The position numbers and the translations under genes were made by a program. A DNA stretch of 64,000 nt from an uncultured delta proteobacterium (GTDB taxonomy: Bacteria > Desulfobacterota > Binatia > UBA9968), in the NCBI GenBank assembly GCA_963771465.1, contig CAVYTU010000006.1:32001-96000 (forward strand), read 5' to 3'. Positions 9,505-19,852 of the stretch are shown here, piece by piece. The notes below the pieces were generated by a model. It ran no database searches. It had not been told where the DNA came from and was given only the letters and a program-made list of their open reading frames with translations. Position 1 is the first letter of the stretch, and every line of letters begins with the position of its first letter.

Positions 9505-10779
9505 ATGTTCGCCAAGACTGTCCTCGATAACGGCATTCGCGTCGTCTCCAATGAGATGCATGATCATCGTTCGGTGAGTCTCGGCATCTGGGTGGAAAAC
9601 GGCTCGCGTCACGAAAGCGCGCCGCAAAACGGCATCTCTCACTTCATCGAGCATTTGCTCTTCAAAGGCACCGAGCGGCGCAGCGCCGCGCAGATCGCCG
9701 AGGAAATGGATGCCGTCGGCGGCGTCCTCAACGCCTTCACTTCGAAAGAGCAAACCTGCTACTATGCCAAAGTTCTCGACGAAAACTTGCCCCTGGCCAT
9801 CGATTTATTAACCGATATTTTTCTCCATTCGAGTTTCGATGCCGACGAGATCGAGCGCGAGCGTTCGGTGATTCTCCAAGAGATGTCGCAGTCCGAAGAC
9901 ACGCCGGATGATTACGTCCACGATTTGTTCAGCCTGGATTTCTTCAAGGATCATCCGATCGGCCGGCCGATCTGCGGCCGCCAGGAAACCGTCAACCGCT
10001 TTCAGCGCAGTGATTTTGTCGATTTCTTTAAAACCCGCTACCGCCCGAGCCGCGTAATCGTCGCCGCGGCGGGAAACTTTCGCCACGATCATCTGGTCGC
10101 GGAGATGACGACACGCTTGGGTATGGTCGGCGACGGCAGCGAACCGATCGCGGCGCTCCTCGACGGCGAGCGCAAGCCGACGATGGCGAGCGGCGTCTAT
10201 CCCCACTCCAAAGAACTCGAACAGGCTCACCTCTGCTTGGGTATGGCGGGTGTCGCCCAGGCCGACCCGCGGCGCTATCCGGCTTATGTGCTGAACACAT
10301 TGCTCGGCGGCGGTATGAGCTCTCGTTTGTTCCAGGAGATTCGTGAAAAGCGCGGCAAGGCGTATTCAGTCTATTCTTTTTCATCGTCGTACAAGGATGT
10401 GGGTTATCTCGGCGTGTACGCCGGCACGAGCATCGAGTCGGCGGAAGAAGTGGTCGATCTGGTGGTCAAGGAATTGCGCAAATTGGCGGCGGGCGAAATC
10501 ACGGACGAAGAACTTGTGCGTACGCGCGGCCAGCTGGTCGGCGGCATGATGCTCGGCCTGGAGTCGACGGACTCATGGATGAGCCATATCGCGCGCAATG
10601 AGATTTACTTCGGCAAGACAGTCACCACCGAGGAGATCTGCCAGCGCATTCGCGCCGTCTCGCGCGACGATGTGATTCAATTGGCGGATAGCTTGTTTCA
10701 TCCTGAAGAGATGACTTTGACGTTGTTGGGCGACTTCGCCGACGACTTTAAGCTCAAGAGCCTCGCATCCAGTCATTGA
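9505..10779 (+). CDS. M16 family (pitrilysin-like) zinc peptidase
   Basis: Inverted zinc motif HFIEHLLFKGT, LNAFTSKE, GGGMSSRLFQEIREK; usual pnp neighbour. Confidence 0.93.
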   Translation: MFAKTVLDNGIRVVSNEMHDHRSVSLGIWVENGSRHESAPQNGISHFIEHLLFKGTERRSAAQIAEEMDAVGGVLNAFTSKEQTCYYAKVLDENLPLAIDLLTDIFLHSSFDADEIERERSVILQEMSQSEDTPDDYVHDLFSLDFFKDHPIGRPICGRQETVNRFQRSDFVDFFKTRYRPSRVIVAAAGNFRHDHLVAEMTTRLGMVGDGSEPIAALLDGERKPTMASGVYPHSKELEQAHLCLGMAGVAQADPRRYPAYVLNTLLGGGMSSRLFQEIREKRGKAYSVYSFSSSYKDVGYLGVYAGTSIESAEEVVDLVVKELRKLAAGEITDEELVRTRGQLVGGMMLGLESTDSWMSHIARNEIYFGKTVTTEEICQRIRAVSRDDVIQLADSLFHPEEMTLTLLGDFADDFKLKSLASSH

Positions 10780-10815
10780 CCTTCGCCGCCGTCAAGCTTC
10801 TTTGTCGGATCGTCA

Positions 10816-11271
10816 GTGGAAGAGTTACGCGTTCAAATCAAAAGGCTGCGTCCCGGCTCGGCGTCCTTCGATTTACCCGCTTATATGACGGAGGGGGCGG
10901 CGGGCATGGATTTGTGCGCCGATATCGATGGCGAGCTGCAATTGGCGCCGATGGCGCGGGCGTTGATTCCAACCGGCATCGCGATCGCGCTGCCGATCGG
11001 TTTCGAAGCGCAGATTCGCCCGCGCAGCGGTCTGGCTTTGAAGCAAGGTTTTACCCTGGTTAACACTCCCGGCACCATCGATTCGGACTATCGCGGTGAG
11101 ATTCAGATCATCGCGATCAATCTCGGCGCCGAGCCGGTCGTTATCGAGCGCGGTCAGCGCATCGCCCAGATGGTGTTGCAGCGGGTGGTTCGCGCGCGCT
11201 GGCATGAAGTTGAAGAGTTGCCGAACTCGATGCGCCAGGACGGCGGTTTTGGCCACACGGATAAAAAATAA
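10816..11271 (+). CDS. dut: dUTP diphosphatase
   Basis: [33 protein letters not shown]. Confidence 0.96.
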   Translation: MEELRVQIKRLRPGSASFDLPAYMTEGAAGMDLCADIDGELQLAPMARALIPTGIAIALPIGFEAQIRPRSGLALKQGFTLVNTPGTIDSDYRGEIQIIAINLGAEPVVIERGQRIAQMVLQRVVRARWHEVEELPNSMRQDGGFGHTDKK

Positions 11272-11279
11272 CTTTAATA

Positions 11280-11360
11280 GTTCAAGGTTCACGCGTTCGA
11301 TGAAAAGAGCAAATTTTGGGGCAATCCTTATTTGAACCTTGATCGCTTGAACATTTAAAC
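11280..11360. repeat. Degenerate GTTCAA...TTGAAC palindromic short-repeat element
   Basis: GTTCAAG GTTCACGC GTTCGA ... TTGAAC CTTGATC GCTTGAAC ATTTAAAC; same family as 37501-37608. Confidence 0.55.
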
Positions 11361-11382
11361 GCTCATAGGGCATCATCGAAGC

Positions 11383-12675
11383 ATGATTCAACGTTACACT
11401 CGGCCGGAGATGGGCCGCATCTGGTCCGAGGAAAATAGTTTTCAAAAGTGGCTCGACGTCGAGATCCTCGCGGCTGAAGGTTTGGCTCGACTCGGTAAAG
11501 TGCCCAAGGCGGCCATCGCGCGCATTCGCAAAAAAGCGCGTTTCGACGTGAAGCGTATTCGTGCCATCGAAGCCGAGGTCAAGCATGAGATCATCGCGTT
11601 CCTAAGCTCGGTGGCGGAATTCATCGGCGACGATGCGCGCTACTTGCACGTCGGCATGACCTCCTCCGATGTGATGGACACGGCGTTGGCGATTCAATTT
11701 AAAGAAGCCTCGGCGATCATCGAACAGGATATCAAAAACCTGATGAAGGCGCTGCGCAGCCAGGCGCGCAAGTACAAATGGACCGTGCAGATCGGCCGCA
11801 CCCATGGAGTCCACGCTGAGCCGATCACTTTCGGCTTGAAGCTGGCGCTCTGGTATCAAGAGATGGCACGCCATTTGTCGCGCTTCAAAAATGCCGTCGA
11901 CGACATTTGCGTCGGCCAGATTTCCGGCGCGGTGGGCACCTTCGCGCAAATCTCGCCCAAAGTCGAAGCCTATGTGTGCCGCAAGGCCGGTCTCAAGCCG
12001 GCGCTGGTGTCCAATCAGATCATTCAGCGCGATCGCCACGCTTATTATTTCGCGACGCTGGCGATCATCGCCAGTTCGTTGGAAAAGTTCGCCGTCGAAG
12101 TGCGCCACTTGCAGCGCACCGAAGTCCAAGAAGCCGAAGAGCCGTTTACTGCCGGGCAGAAGGGTTCCTCAGCGATGCCGCACAAGCGCAATCCAATTCT
12201 ATCCGAAAACGTTTCCGGTTTGGCGCGGCTAATGCGCGCTTACGCCATGGCCGCCATGGAAAACGTGCCGCTCTGGCACGAGCGCGATATCAGCCATTCC
12301 TCCGTCGAACGCGTGATCGCGCCGGACGCGACCATCGCGTTAGATTTCATGCTGCGGCGCATGACCTATGTGCTCGGCAATCTCTGCGTCTATCCGGAAA
12401 ATATGCAGCGCAATCTGGAAAAAAGCGGCGGCACGGTATTCTCGGAAAAGGTTTTGCTCGCATTGGTCGGCAAAGGCATCGCCCGCGACATCGCTTACCG
12501 CATGGTGCAGCGCCACGCTCTGAAGGTCGGCAAAGAGGGCGGCGATATGAAACGGGAGTTGCTTGCGGACGGCGAAATCCGCCGTTACCTCGCGCCCAAG
12601 GAGATCGAAGCGATCTGGGGCGTGCGGCACCATTTAACCAACGTCGACTTTATCTTTCGGCGCGCGTTTCAATAA
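11383..12675 (+). CDS. purB: Adenylosuccinate lyase
   Basis: MIQRY, GRTHGVHAEP, GSSAMPHKRNP, WHERDISHSSVER. Confidence 0.97.
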   Translation: MIQRYTRPEMGRIWSEENSFQKWLDVEILAAEGLARLGKVPKAAIARIRKKARFDVKRIRAIEAEVKHEIIAFLSSVAEFIGDDARYLHVGMTSSDVMDTALAIQFKEASAIIEQDIKNLMKALRSQARKYKWTVQIGRTHGVHAEPITFGLKLALWYQEMARHLSRFKNAVDDICVGQISGAVGTFAQISPKVEAYVCRKAGLKPALVSNQIIQRDRHAYYFATLAIIASSLEKFAVEVRHLQRTEVQEAEEPFTAGQKGSSAMPHKRNPILSENVSGLARLMRAYAMAAMENVPLWHERDISHSSVERVIAPDATIALDFMLRRMTYVLGNLCVYPENMQRNLEKSGGTVFSEKVLLALVGKGIARDIAYRMVQRHALKVGKEGGDMKRELLADGEIRRYLAPKEIEAIWGVRHHLTNVDFIFRRAFQ

Positions 12676-12702
12676 CGTTGCGTTGAAGAAAGCTTGTACA
12701 TT

Positions 12703-12948
12703 ATGCGCGTGAAGATTTTTGTCTCGCTCAAAACCGGTGTGCTCGACCCGCAGGGTAAGGCGATCGAGCGCTCGCTGCACACGCTCGGTTACGGCGAAGT
12801 GCAAGATGTCCGCGTCGGCAAGTATCTTGAAGTCAACCTCGAAGCGCCGTCGCGCGCGGCGGCCGAGCTTCGTATCCGTGAAATGTGTGATAAACTAATA
12901 GCCAACACGGTGATCGAAGACTATCGATTTGAAATCAGTCCCGAATAA
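12703..12948 (+). CDS. purS: FGAM synthase subunit PurS
   Basis: LK.GVLDPQG, VRVGK, MCDKLIANTVIEDY. Confidence 0.95.
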   Translation: MRVKIFVSLKTGVLDPQGKAIERSLHTLGYGEVQDVRVGKYLEVNLEAPSRAAAELRIREMCDKLIANTVIEDYRFEISPE

Positions 12949-12950
12949 GC

Positions 12951-13006
12951 AGTCCTGAGTGATGAGTTCCGAGTCCTAGGAGAGACAACTTTCCCGTCTC
13001 AGCACT
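12951..13006. repeat. 7-nt tandem repeat with inverted partner
   Basis: AGTCCTG AGTGATG AGTTCCG AGTCCTA ... CTCAGCACT. Confidence 0.5.
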
Positions 13007-13031
13007 GGTTACCCAGCTTCTATAATTAATT

Positions 13032-13742
13032 ATGCGTTGGGGTGTGATCACTTTTCCCGGTTCGTGCGACGATCAGGACGTCGTTGACAGTCTCAAGGCG
13101 GATTTGGGCCAGACGGTCCGATCGCTTTGGCACAAGGACGAGTTTCGCGGCGACTTCGATTGCATCGTTTTGCCGGGTGGATTTTCTTACGGCGATTATC
13201 TTCGTTGCGGCGCGATGGCGCGCTTTTCGCCGATCATGCGCGGCGTGGTGCAGTTCGCCGAGAGCGGCGGGCTGGTGCTCGGGATTTGCAACGGCTTTCA
13301 GATCCTTTGCGAATCGGGACTGTTGCCCGGCGCGCTGGTGCGCAACGCCGGCTTACAATTCGTTTGTCAGCCGGTGCATCTACGCGTCGAAGAAACCGAC
13401 ACGCCGTTTACCAGCGGTATGAAAAAAGGCCAGCTCCTGCAGATTCCGGTGAAACACGGCGAAGGTTGCTATTTTGCCGATGCCGAAACGCTGGAACGCT
13501 TGCGCAAGAACCGGCAAATCCTGCTGCGCTACGTCGATGCCAAGGGCAAACCGACGCCAGCCGCCAATCCCAACGGCTCGCTCGACGGTATCGCCGGTAT
13601 TTGTAATGAAAAGCGCAATGTCTTCGGTCTCATGCCGCATCCCGAAGATGCCTGTAACAAACTGCTTGGCAGCGACGACGGCGCGAAACTATTCGGCTCC
13701 ATCGCGGCGGCTTTTAGTGAGAAGGCCAAGCCACGTGGCTGA
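13032..13742 (+). CDS. purQ: FGAM synthase glutaminase subunit PurQ
   Basis: [32 protein letters not shown]. Confidence 0.97.
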   Translation: MRWGVITFPGSCDDQDVVDSLKADLGQTVRSLWHKDEFRGDFDCIVLPGGFSYGDYLRCGAMARFSPIMRGVVQFAESGGLVLGICNGFQILCESGLLPGALVRNAGLQFVCQPVHLRVEETDTPFTSGMKKGQLLQIPVKHGEGCYFADAETLERLRKNRQILLRYVDAKGKPTPAANPNGSLDGIAGICNEKRNVFGLMPHPEDACNKLLGSDDGAKLFGSIAAAFSEKAKPRG

Positions 13743-15969
13743 GGCGCCGAGCAAAAAATTAGTTCAGCCCGCGGTGACGCCTGACTTGGTCGCCGGCCAT
13801 GGCATTACGCCGGAAGAGTATAAAAAAATAGTTAACATCCTCGGCCGTGAACCGAATTTCACCGAGCTCGGCGTGTTTTCCGTCATGTGGTCTGAGCACT
13901 GTAGCTATAAGAGCTCGCGCTATTATTTAAAAAATTTGCCGACCGAAGGGCCCTATGTGCTGCAAGGGCCCGGCGAGAATGCCGGTGTCGTCGACATCGG
14001 CGGCGGCTTGGCGGTGGCTTTTAAAATGGAAAGTCACAACCATCCGTCGTTCATCGAGCCGTATCAAGGCGCAGCCACCGGCGTCGGCGGCATACTGCGC
14101 GATATTTTCACCATGGGCGCACGGCCCATCGCGTCGCTCAATTCGCTGCGTTTCGGCAGCATCGATCATCCACGCACGCGTTATCTGGTTGCCGGCGTGG
14201 TCGCCGGCATCGGCGGCTATGGCAACTGTATCGGTGTGCCCACCGTCGGCGGCGAGTGTTCCTTCGACGAGTGCTACAACGCCAATATTCTAGTCAACGC
14301 TTTCACCCTCGGCCTGGTCAAGAAAAATAAAATTTTCACCGGCATCGCCAAGGGCGTCGGCAATTCCGTTATGTACGTCGGCTCCAAAACCGGACGCGAC
14401 GGTATTCATGGTGCGACCATGGCATCGGCATCGTTCTCGGAAGCGAAGGAACAGCGCCGGCCGACCGTACAGGTTGGCGATCCCTTCACCGAGAAACTAC
14501 TTTTGGAAGCTTGTTTGGAGCTATTCGAGCAAGACTACATCGTCGGCATCCAAGATATGGGCGCCGCCGGTCTCACCAGTTCGTCGGCGGAAATGGCCGG
14601 GCGTGGCGGATCGGGCGTCGAGCTCGATCTCTCTGCGGTGCCCGTGCGTGAGACCGGCATGACGCCCTACGAAATCCTGCTTTCGGAATCCCAGGAGCGC
14701 ATGCTGTTGGTTGCCAAGCGAGGCTGCGAAGGCGAGATCAAAAAGATTTTCGATAAGTGGGATCTCGATGCGGTGGTGGTTGGAAAAGTGACCAACGATC
14801 AACAGTTTCGTACTTTATGGCACGGCGAAGAGGTGGCACGTGTGCCGATCGGCGCGCTCACCAAGGAAGCGCCGGCATACCGGCGGCCTGCCGCTCGGCC
14901 AGCCGAACAGGATCATATCCAGCAACTCGATCCGGCGACGATCGCTGAACCGAAGGATTTGGCCACGGTATTCAAACAGATATTAGCCGCGCCCAATATC
15001 GCGTCGAAGGAATGGCTCTATCGCCAGTACGATCAGTTCGTGCGTAGCAACACCGTCGTCGCCTCGGGCGCGGACGCCGCCGTGATCCGGGTCAAGGGAA
15101 CCGACAAAGCGTTGGCGCTCACGGTCGACGGCAACAGCCGCTACTGCTACTTGGATCCCTACGTCGGCGGCGTGCTAGCGGTTGCCGAAGCGGCGCGCAA
15201 TCTTGCCTGTGTCGGCGCCCGGCCCATCGGTTTGACCGATTGTTTGAATTTTGGCAGCCCGGAAAATCCCACGGTCATGTGGCAGTTCGCCGAGGTGATC
15301 CAAGGCATGCGCGATGCTTGCATCGCCCTCAACGTTCCCGTGGTGAGCGGCAACGTCAGTTTTTATAACGAGACCGACGGCGTGCCGATTCATCCGACGC
15401 CAACCATCGGTATGGTCGGCCTGCTCGAAAAAGTTACTCGGGTGGTGACGCCGTGGTTTAAAAGCGCCGGCGACGTGGTCGTGTTGCTGGGCCGGACGCG
15501 CGACGAGTTGGGCGGCAGCGAGTATCTCAAATTGATTCATGGGTTCAGCCGCGGCACGCCGCCGTGGATCGATTTGCAACTCGAGTTGGCGGTGCAGAAC
15601 TGTTGTCTCGACGCGATCGATGAGGAAATACTTCAGTCCGCCCATGATGTGAGCGACGGCGGCTTAGCCGTGGCTTTGGCTGAATGCTCAATCGGCGGAC
15701 CGGAAAAGCCTTTGGGCGTGCGCATCGAGACCCGCGAGATGATTCGCGGCGATGCCTTGCTGTTCAGCGAGTCGCAGTCGCGCATCGTGGTTTCGCTCAG
15801 GGAGCAAAATCTAGAGCGTTTGAAAGCAATCGCCGAGCGCCATCGTGTGCCGATGCAAACCATCGGCGCCGTGGGCGGCGCGCGCTTTACCATCCAGCCG
15901 CTGGTGCAAATGGCAGTGGAAGAACTGAAGGCAATCTGGTCTAATGGCTTGACGGCACGGCTCAAGTAG
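13735..15969 (+). CDS. purL: FGAM synthase subunit PurL
   Basis: [50 protein letters not shown]; GTG start overlapping purQ. Confidence 0.97.
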   Translation: MAEAPSKKLVQPAVTPDLVAGHGITPEEYKKIVNILGREPNFTELGVFSVMWSEHCSYKSSRYYLKNLPTEGPYVLQGPGENAGVVDIGGGLAVAFKMESHNHPSFIEPYQGAATGVGGILRDIFTMGARPIASLNSLRFGSIDHPRTRYLVAGVVAGIGGYGNCIGVPTVGGECSFDECYNANILVNAFTLGLVKKNKIFTGIAKGVGNSVMYVGSKTGRDGIHGATMASASFSEAKEQRRPTVQVGDPFTEKLLLEACLELFEQDYIVGIQDMGAAGLTSSSAEMAGRGGSGVELDLSAVPVRETGMTPYEILLSESQERMLLVAKRGCEGEIKKIFDKWDLDAVVVGKVTNDQQFRTLWHGEEVARVPIGALTKEAPAYRRPAARPAEQDHIQQLDPATIAEPKDLATVFKQILAAPNIASKEWLYRQYDQFVRSNTVVASGADAAVIRVKGTDKALALTVDGNSRYCYLDPYVGGVLAVAEAARNLACVGARPIGLTDCLNFGSPENPTVMWQFAEVIQGMRDACIALNVPVVSGNVSFYNETDGVPIHPTPTIGMVGLLEKVTRVVTPWFKSAGDVVVLLGRTRDELGGSEYLKLIHGFSRGTPPWIDLQLELAVQNCCLDAIDEEILQSAHDVSDGGLAVALAECSIGGPEKPLGVRIETREMIRGDALLFSESQSRIVVSLREQNLERLKAIAERHRVPMQTIGAVGGARFTIQPLVQMAVEELKAIWSNGLTARLK

Positions 15970-16035
15970 TTTTGGCGAAAACTTCAATCGCCCAAGGTTC
16001 AACCGGATGACGACGTTGTTTGGGTTGCATTGACG

Positions 16036-17460
16036 ATGGCGGATAAATTCCACGACGAGTGCGCGGTGATGGGCGTGTATGGCCACCCCGAAGCGGCCAA
16101 CATGGTTTACCTCGGGCTGTATGCTCTGCAGCACCGGGGTCAAGAATCTTGCGGTATCGTCACATCGGACGGCAAAGGGCTGACTTCCCATCGCCAGATG
16201 GGTTTGGTCGCCGACGCCTTCAAGGAAGACGTTATCAAACGGCTCGAAGGCGCCAGCGCCATCGGCCACAACCGTTACTCGACCACGGGCCAGAGCCATC
16301 TCAAGAACGCCCAACCCTTCGTGGTCGAATATTCCCAAGGTCCGATCGCGATTTCGCATAACGGCAATCTGGTGAACGGCGCGCTGTTGCGCGACGAGCT
16401 GGAAAAATCGGGTTCGATCTTCCAATCGACCACCGATACCGAGGTGATCGTCCATCTGATCGCCACGTCGAGAGGATCGACATCGATGGGCCGGATCATC
16501 GAAGCGCTGTCGCGCTGTCGCGGCGCTTACTCGCTGCTCTTTTTGACCTTGGACAAGTTGATCGCGGCGCGCGATCCCTACGGTTTTCGCCCTTTAGTCT
16601 TGGGAAAATTTCCCGAGGGCAAAAATCGCGGCGCTTATGTTTTCGCGTCGGAAACCTGCGCGTTGGATTTGATCGAGGCGGAATTCGTCCGCGACGTCGA
16701 GCCGGGTGAGATCATTTCCGTTGGTCCAGACGGTTTGGAATCGCTTAAACCTTTTCCACCGTCGCCCCATGCCAAGTGCATCTTCGAATATATTTATTTT
16801 GCCCGGCCCGACAGCAAGCTGTTTGGTCATAACGTTTACCAAGTGCGCAAGGCGTTGGGACGGCAGTTGGCGCGGGAAAGCCCCGTCGATGCCGATCTGG
16901 TAACGCCGGTGCCGGACTCGGGCGTGCCGGCGGCGATGGGCTATAGCGAAGAGTCGAAAATTCCCCTCGAGTTCGGCTTGATCCGCAATCACTACGTCGG
17001 TCGGACTTTCATCGAGCCGCAGCAGACGATTCGCAACTTCGGCGTTAAAATCAAGCTCAACGCCCAGCGCGATGTTTTAAAAGGTAAGCGCGTCATCGTC
17101 GTCGACGACTCGATCGTGCGCGGTACGACGAGCCGAAAAATCATCCGCATGCTGCGCGACGCCGGCGCCACCGAAGTGCACCTGCGCGTCAGCTCGCCGG
17201 CGACGATCGGTCCATGTTACTACGGCATCGACACGCCGACGCGCACCGAATTGATCGCCGCGAACAACTCGACGGAAGAAATTCGCCGCTACGTCGAAGC
17301 CGACACGCTGGCGTATCTATCCAACGACGGCATGTACGCTTACTTCGACGGCAAAAAACAAGGTTTTTGCGACGCCTGCTTCACCGGCAACTATCCAGTC
17401 CACTTCGAAGACGAAGGGCACACCCGCCAGCTGCATCTTTTTGACGCCGTTAGCCGATGA
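16036..17460 (+). CDS. purF: Amidophosphoribosyltransferase
   Basis: Propeptide FHDE-CAV, LQHRGQE, GHNRYST, HNGNL, VDDSIVRGTT, FCDACF. Confidence 0.97.
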   Translation: MADKFHDECAVMGVYGHPEAANMVYLGLYALQHRGQESCGIVTSDGKGLTSHRQMGLVADAFKEDVIKRLEGASAIGHNRYSTTGQSHLKNAQPFVVEYSQGPIAISHNGNLVNGALLRDELEKSGSIFQSTTDTEVIVHLIATSRGSTSMGRIIEALSRCRGAYSLLFLTLDKLIAARDPYGFRPLVLGKFPEGKNRGAYVFASETCALDLIEAEFVRDVEPGEIISVGPDGLESLKPFPPSPHAKCIFEYIYFARPDSKLFGHNVYQVRKALGRQLARESPVDADLVTPVPDSGVPAAMGYSEESKIPLEFGLIRNHYVGRTFIEPQQTIRNFGVKIKLNAQRDVLKGKRVIVVDDSIVRGTTSRKIIRMLRDAGATEVHLRVSSPATIGPCYYGIDTPTRTELIAANNSTEEIRRYVEADTLAYLSNDGMYAYFDGKKQGFCDACFTGNYPVHFEDEGHTRQLHLFDAVSR

Positions 17461-17503
17461 GATTTTTCGAATTGTTCTTTGCGGCTCGCTCCGTTCCACT
17501 CCA

Positions 17504-18916
17504 ATGAACTCGCCACTTGCGGCCAAACCGATTCGCGGCGTGAAGGTTTGGTCTGCGGCCGCGAATTTCATCCGCGATCCCATTCCGGTTTTGCGCTCGC
17601 TGCACCAAGAACATGGCAGCCTGGTAGCCTTTCCCAACGATCCCCTGCGCCAGTTCGATCCGCGGCTCTATGTGATGGCGTTCGGCCCCCAGTACAATGA
17701 ACAAATTCTGACCAACACGGAGGTCTTCAAGTCCCGCGGCATCGTGCCCCAGGGGCCAAAAGACTCGGCCCATCAAATCGTTCGTTTCGGTCTGATCAGC
17801 ATGAACGGCGAGCAGCACCGGCGCCATCGGTCGCTGTTGATGCCGGCGTTTCATCGCCGCGCGGTGGACGGTTACCGCGACACGATGGCGGCGCTGACGT
17901 CGCACATGGTGGAGCAATGGCGTGTCGGTGAAACGCGGGATACCTCCCGCGACATGCGCAGTCTCGCGCTGGACGTTTCGAGCATGGTGCTGTTCGGTTA
18001 TTCCGAGAAAGCGCGTTATCGCCCCTTGGGCGAATTGATCGAGCGCTGGATGGCGACCTGCTTCTCGCCCAAGGTGTGGTTTTTTCAATGGGATCTGCCC
18101 GGTTTGCCGTTTCAGCGTTTGCTCCGCCTCGCCGAAGAGCTCGACCGCGAGGTGCGCCGCATGATCCACGAACGTCGAAATGAATCGCTCGACGGCGATG
18201 ATGTGATCTCGATGCTGATTCGCGCTCACGATCAAGACAACGGCGCCATGACGGAAGATGAGTTGGTGGGCGAGGTGAGCATACTTTTTGCCGCCGCCCA
18301 TGAAACCAATACGGTGGCGCTCACTTGGACACTTTTCTTACTGTCGCAGCACCCGAAAATTCTCGCCGACCTGTTGGACGAACTGGACGGCGAGCTCCAT
18401 GGCGATGCGCCGCGGGTCGATCAGTTCGATCGCTTACCGCTGCTCGAAGCCGTGATCAAAGAGAGCATGCGCATCCTGCCGCCGGTGGCCTGGGGCACCC
18501 GCGCGGTGGATCAAGCGACGCAGTTGGGTCCTTTCGAGCTGCCCAAGGGTTCGCGGGTCTTATATAGCCAATACATCACGCACCATCTGCCGGAGATCTA
18601 TCCCAATCCGCGCCGCTATGATCCCCGGCGCTGGTCGTCGTTCGCGCCGCCGCCCTACGCCTATATTCCCTTCGGCGGCGGACCGCGCTTATGCATCGGC
18701 TACGCATTCTCGATGACTTTCCTGCGCATCGCCCTGCCGGTCATCTTGCAACGCTTCAACCTATCGCTGGCGCCGGGGGCGAGGATCGATCGAACCTATC
18801 AGGTGACGATCGCGCCGAAGTACGGCATGCCGATGGTCGTGCAGGATAGGAGCACAGCGATAAAACCGATTCGTCCGCACGGTGCGATTCACGATATGGT
18901 TGAGTTCGATAATTAA
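17504..18916 (+). CDS. Cytochrome P450
   Basis: I-helix AAHET, ExxR (ESMR), YDPRRW, heme ligand FGGGPRLCIG; start uncertain (17441 or 17504). Confidence 0.93.
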   Translation: MNSPLAAKPIRGVKVWSAAANFIRDPIPVLRSLHQEHGSLVAFPNDPLRQFDPRLYVMAFGPQYNEQILTNTEVFKSRGIVPQGPKDSAHQIVRFGLISMNGEQHRRHRSLLMPAFHRRAVDGYRDTMAALTSHMVEQWRVGETRDTSRDMRSLALDVSSMVLFGYSEKARYRPLGELIERWMATCFSPKVWFFQWDLPGLPFQRLLRLAEELDREVRRMIHERRNESLDGDDVISMLIRAHDQDNGAMTEDELVGEVSILFAAAHETNTVALTWTLFLLSQHPKILADLLDELDGELHGDAPRVDQFDRLPLLEAVIKESMRILPPVAWGTRAVDQATQLGPFELPKGSRVLYSQYITHHLPEIYPNPRRYDPRRWSSFAPPPYAYIPFGGGPRLCIGYAFSMTFLRIALPVILQRFNLSLAPGARIDRTYQVTIAPKYGMPMVVQDRSTAIKPIRPHGAIHDMVEFDN

Positions 18917-19035
18917 ACGCGCTCGACGGCAGCGAATGTACCGCGTTGCGCCGTCAATGTGTCGCTCGCTCAAGAATTCCAATCGTGCTGCGATAATCCC
19001 AACGCCATTATGCTTCGAAAGTACTGAGTAGATCG

Positions 19036-19836
19036 ATGAAAAATCTCCGTGGCAAACGCGCATTGATAACGGGTGCGGGGTCGGGCATCGGCCGGGCCAT
19101 CGCGCTCGAGCTGGCGCGTGAAGGGACCCATCTTTGGCTGCTCGAAATCAATGAACTCACTCTAGACTCTGTCGGCGCCGAGGCGCGCAGTTGTGGCGTC
19201 GACGTTATGGCGCGGCGCTGCGACCTGAGCCGCGCTGACGAAATTCGGTCCGCCTTTGACGAAGTGCTCAAAACTTGGGGCGGCATCGACATTCTGGTTA
19301 ACAATGCCGGGATCATGTATTACGGCGCCACCGAAAATATTTCAGATCAGCAGTGGGCCGAAGTGTTGGCGGTCAATTTAACCGCGCCGATCACGCTGAC
19401 GCGGCTGTTCTTGCCGTCGCTTTTAGAGCGGCACGAGGCGCATATCCTGAATGTTTGCAGTATCTACGGATTGGTTCCCAAGCGGCGCTTGGCTGCTTAT
19501 CAAACGGCCAAGTTCGCCTTGGTCGGATTCAGCCAATCGATGCGTTTGGAATACGGTCCACGCGGGCTGGGTGTGACGGCGCTATGTCCTGGCTTGGTGC
19601 GAACCGACTTGATCGGTGCCGCCGAAAAAAGCGGCCGGCTCAAGAGTCGCTTGACTCTGGCGTCTCACTTGGCCGTGGCGCCGAAAATCATTGCCCTGCG
19701 AGCGGTGCAGGCGATTCAAAAAGATCAAGGACTGGTCGTGGTTACTTTGCATGCCCGAGCCTTGTGGCTCGTCCATCGCTGCTTTCCTCGGCTGTTGGAC
19801 CGTTGGCAATATCGGAAACGGCGGCCAAGGCGATGA
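19036..19836 (+). CDS. Short-chain dehydrogenase/reductase (SDR)
   Basis: TGAGSGIG, NNAG, YQTAK (YxxxK), CPG. Confidence 0.93.
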   Translation: MKNLRGKRALITGAGSGIGRAIALELAREGTHLWLLEINELTLDSVGAEARSCGVDVMARRCDLSRADEIRSAFDEVLKTWGGIDILVNNAGIMYYGATENISDQQWAEVLAVNLTAPITLTRLFLPSLLERHEAHILNVCSIYGLVPKRRLAAYQTAKFALVGFSQSMRLEYGPRGLGVTALCPGLVRTDLIGAAEKSGRLKSRLTLASHLAVAPKIIALRAVQAIQKDQGLVVVTLHARALWLVHRCFPRLLDRWQYRKRRPRR

Positions 19837-19852
19837 AAGGCGGAGCTACTAC

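Noticed and set aside
11272-11382. Purine or ZTP riboswitch upstream of purB
   Set aside because: No recognisable aptamer consensus; the region is occupied by the GTTCAA repeat
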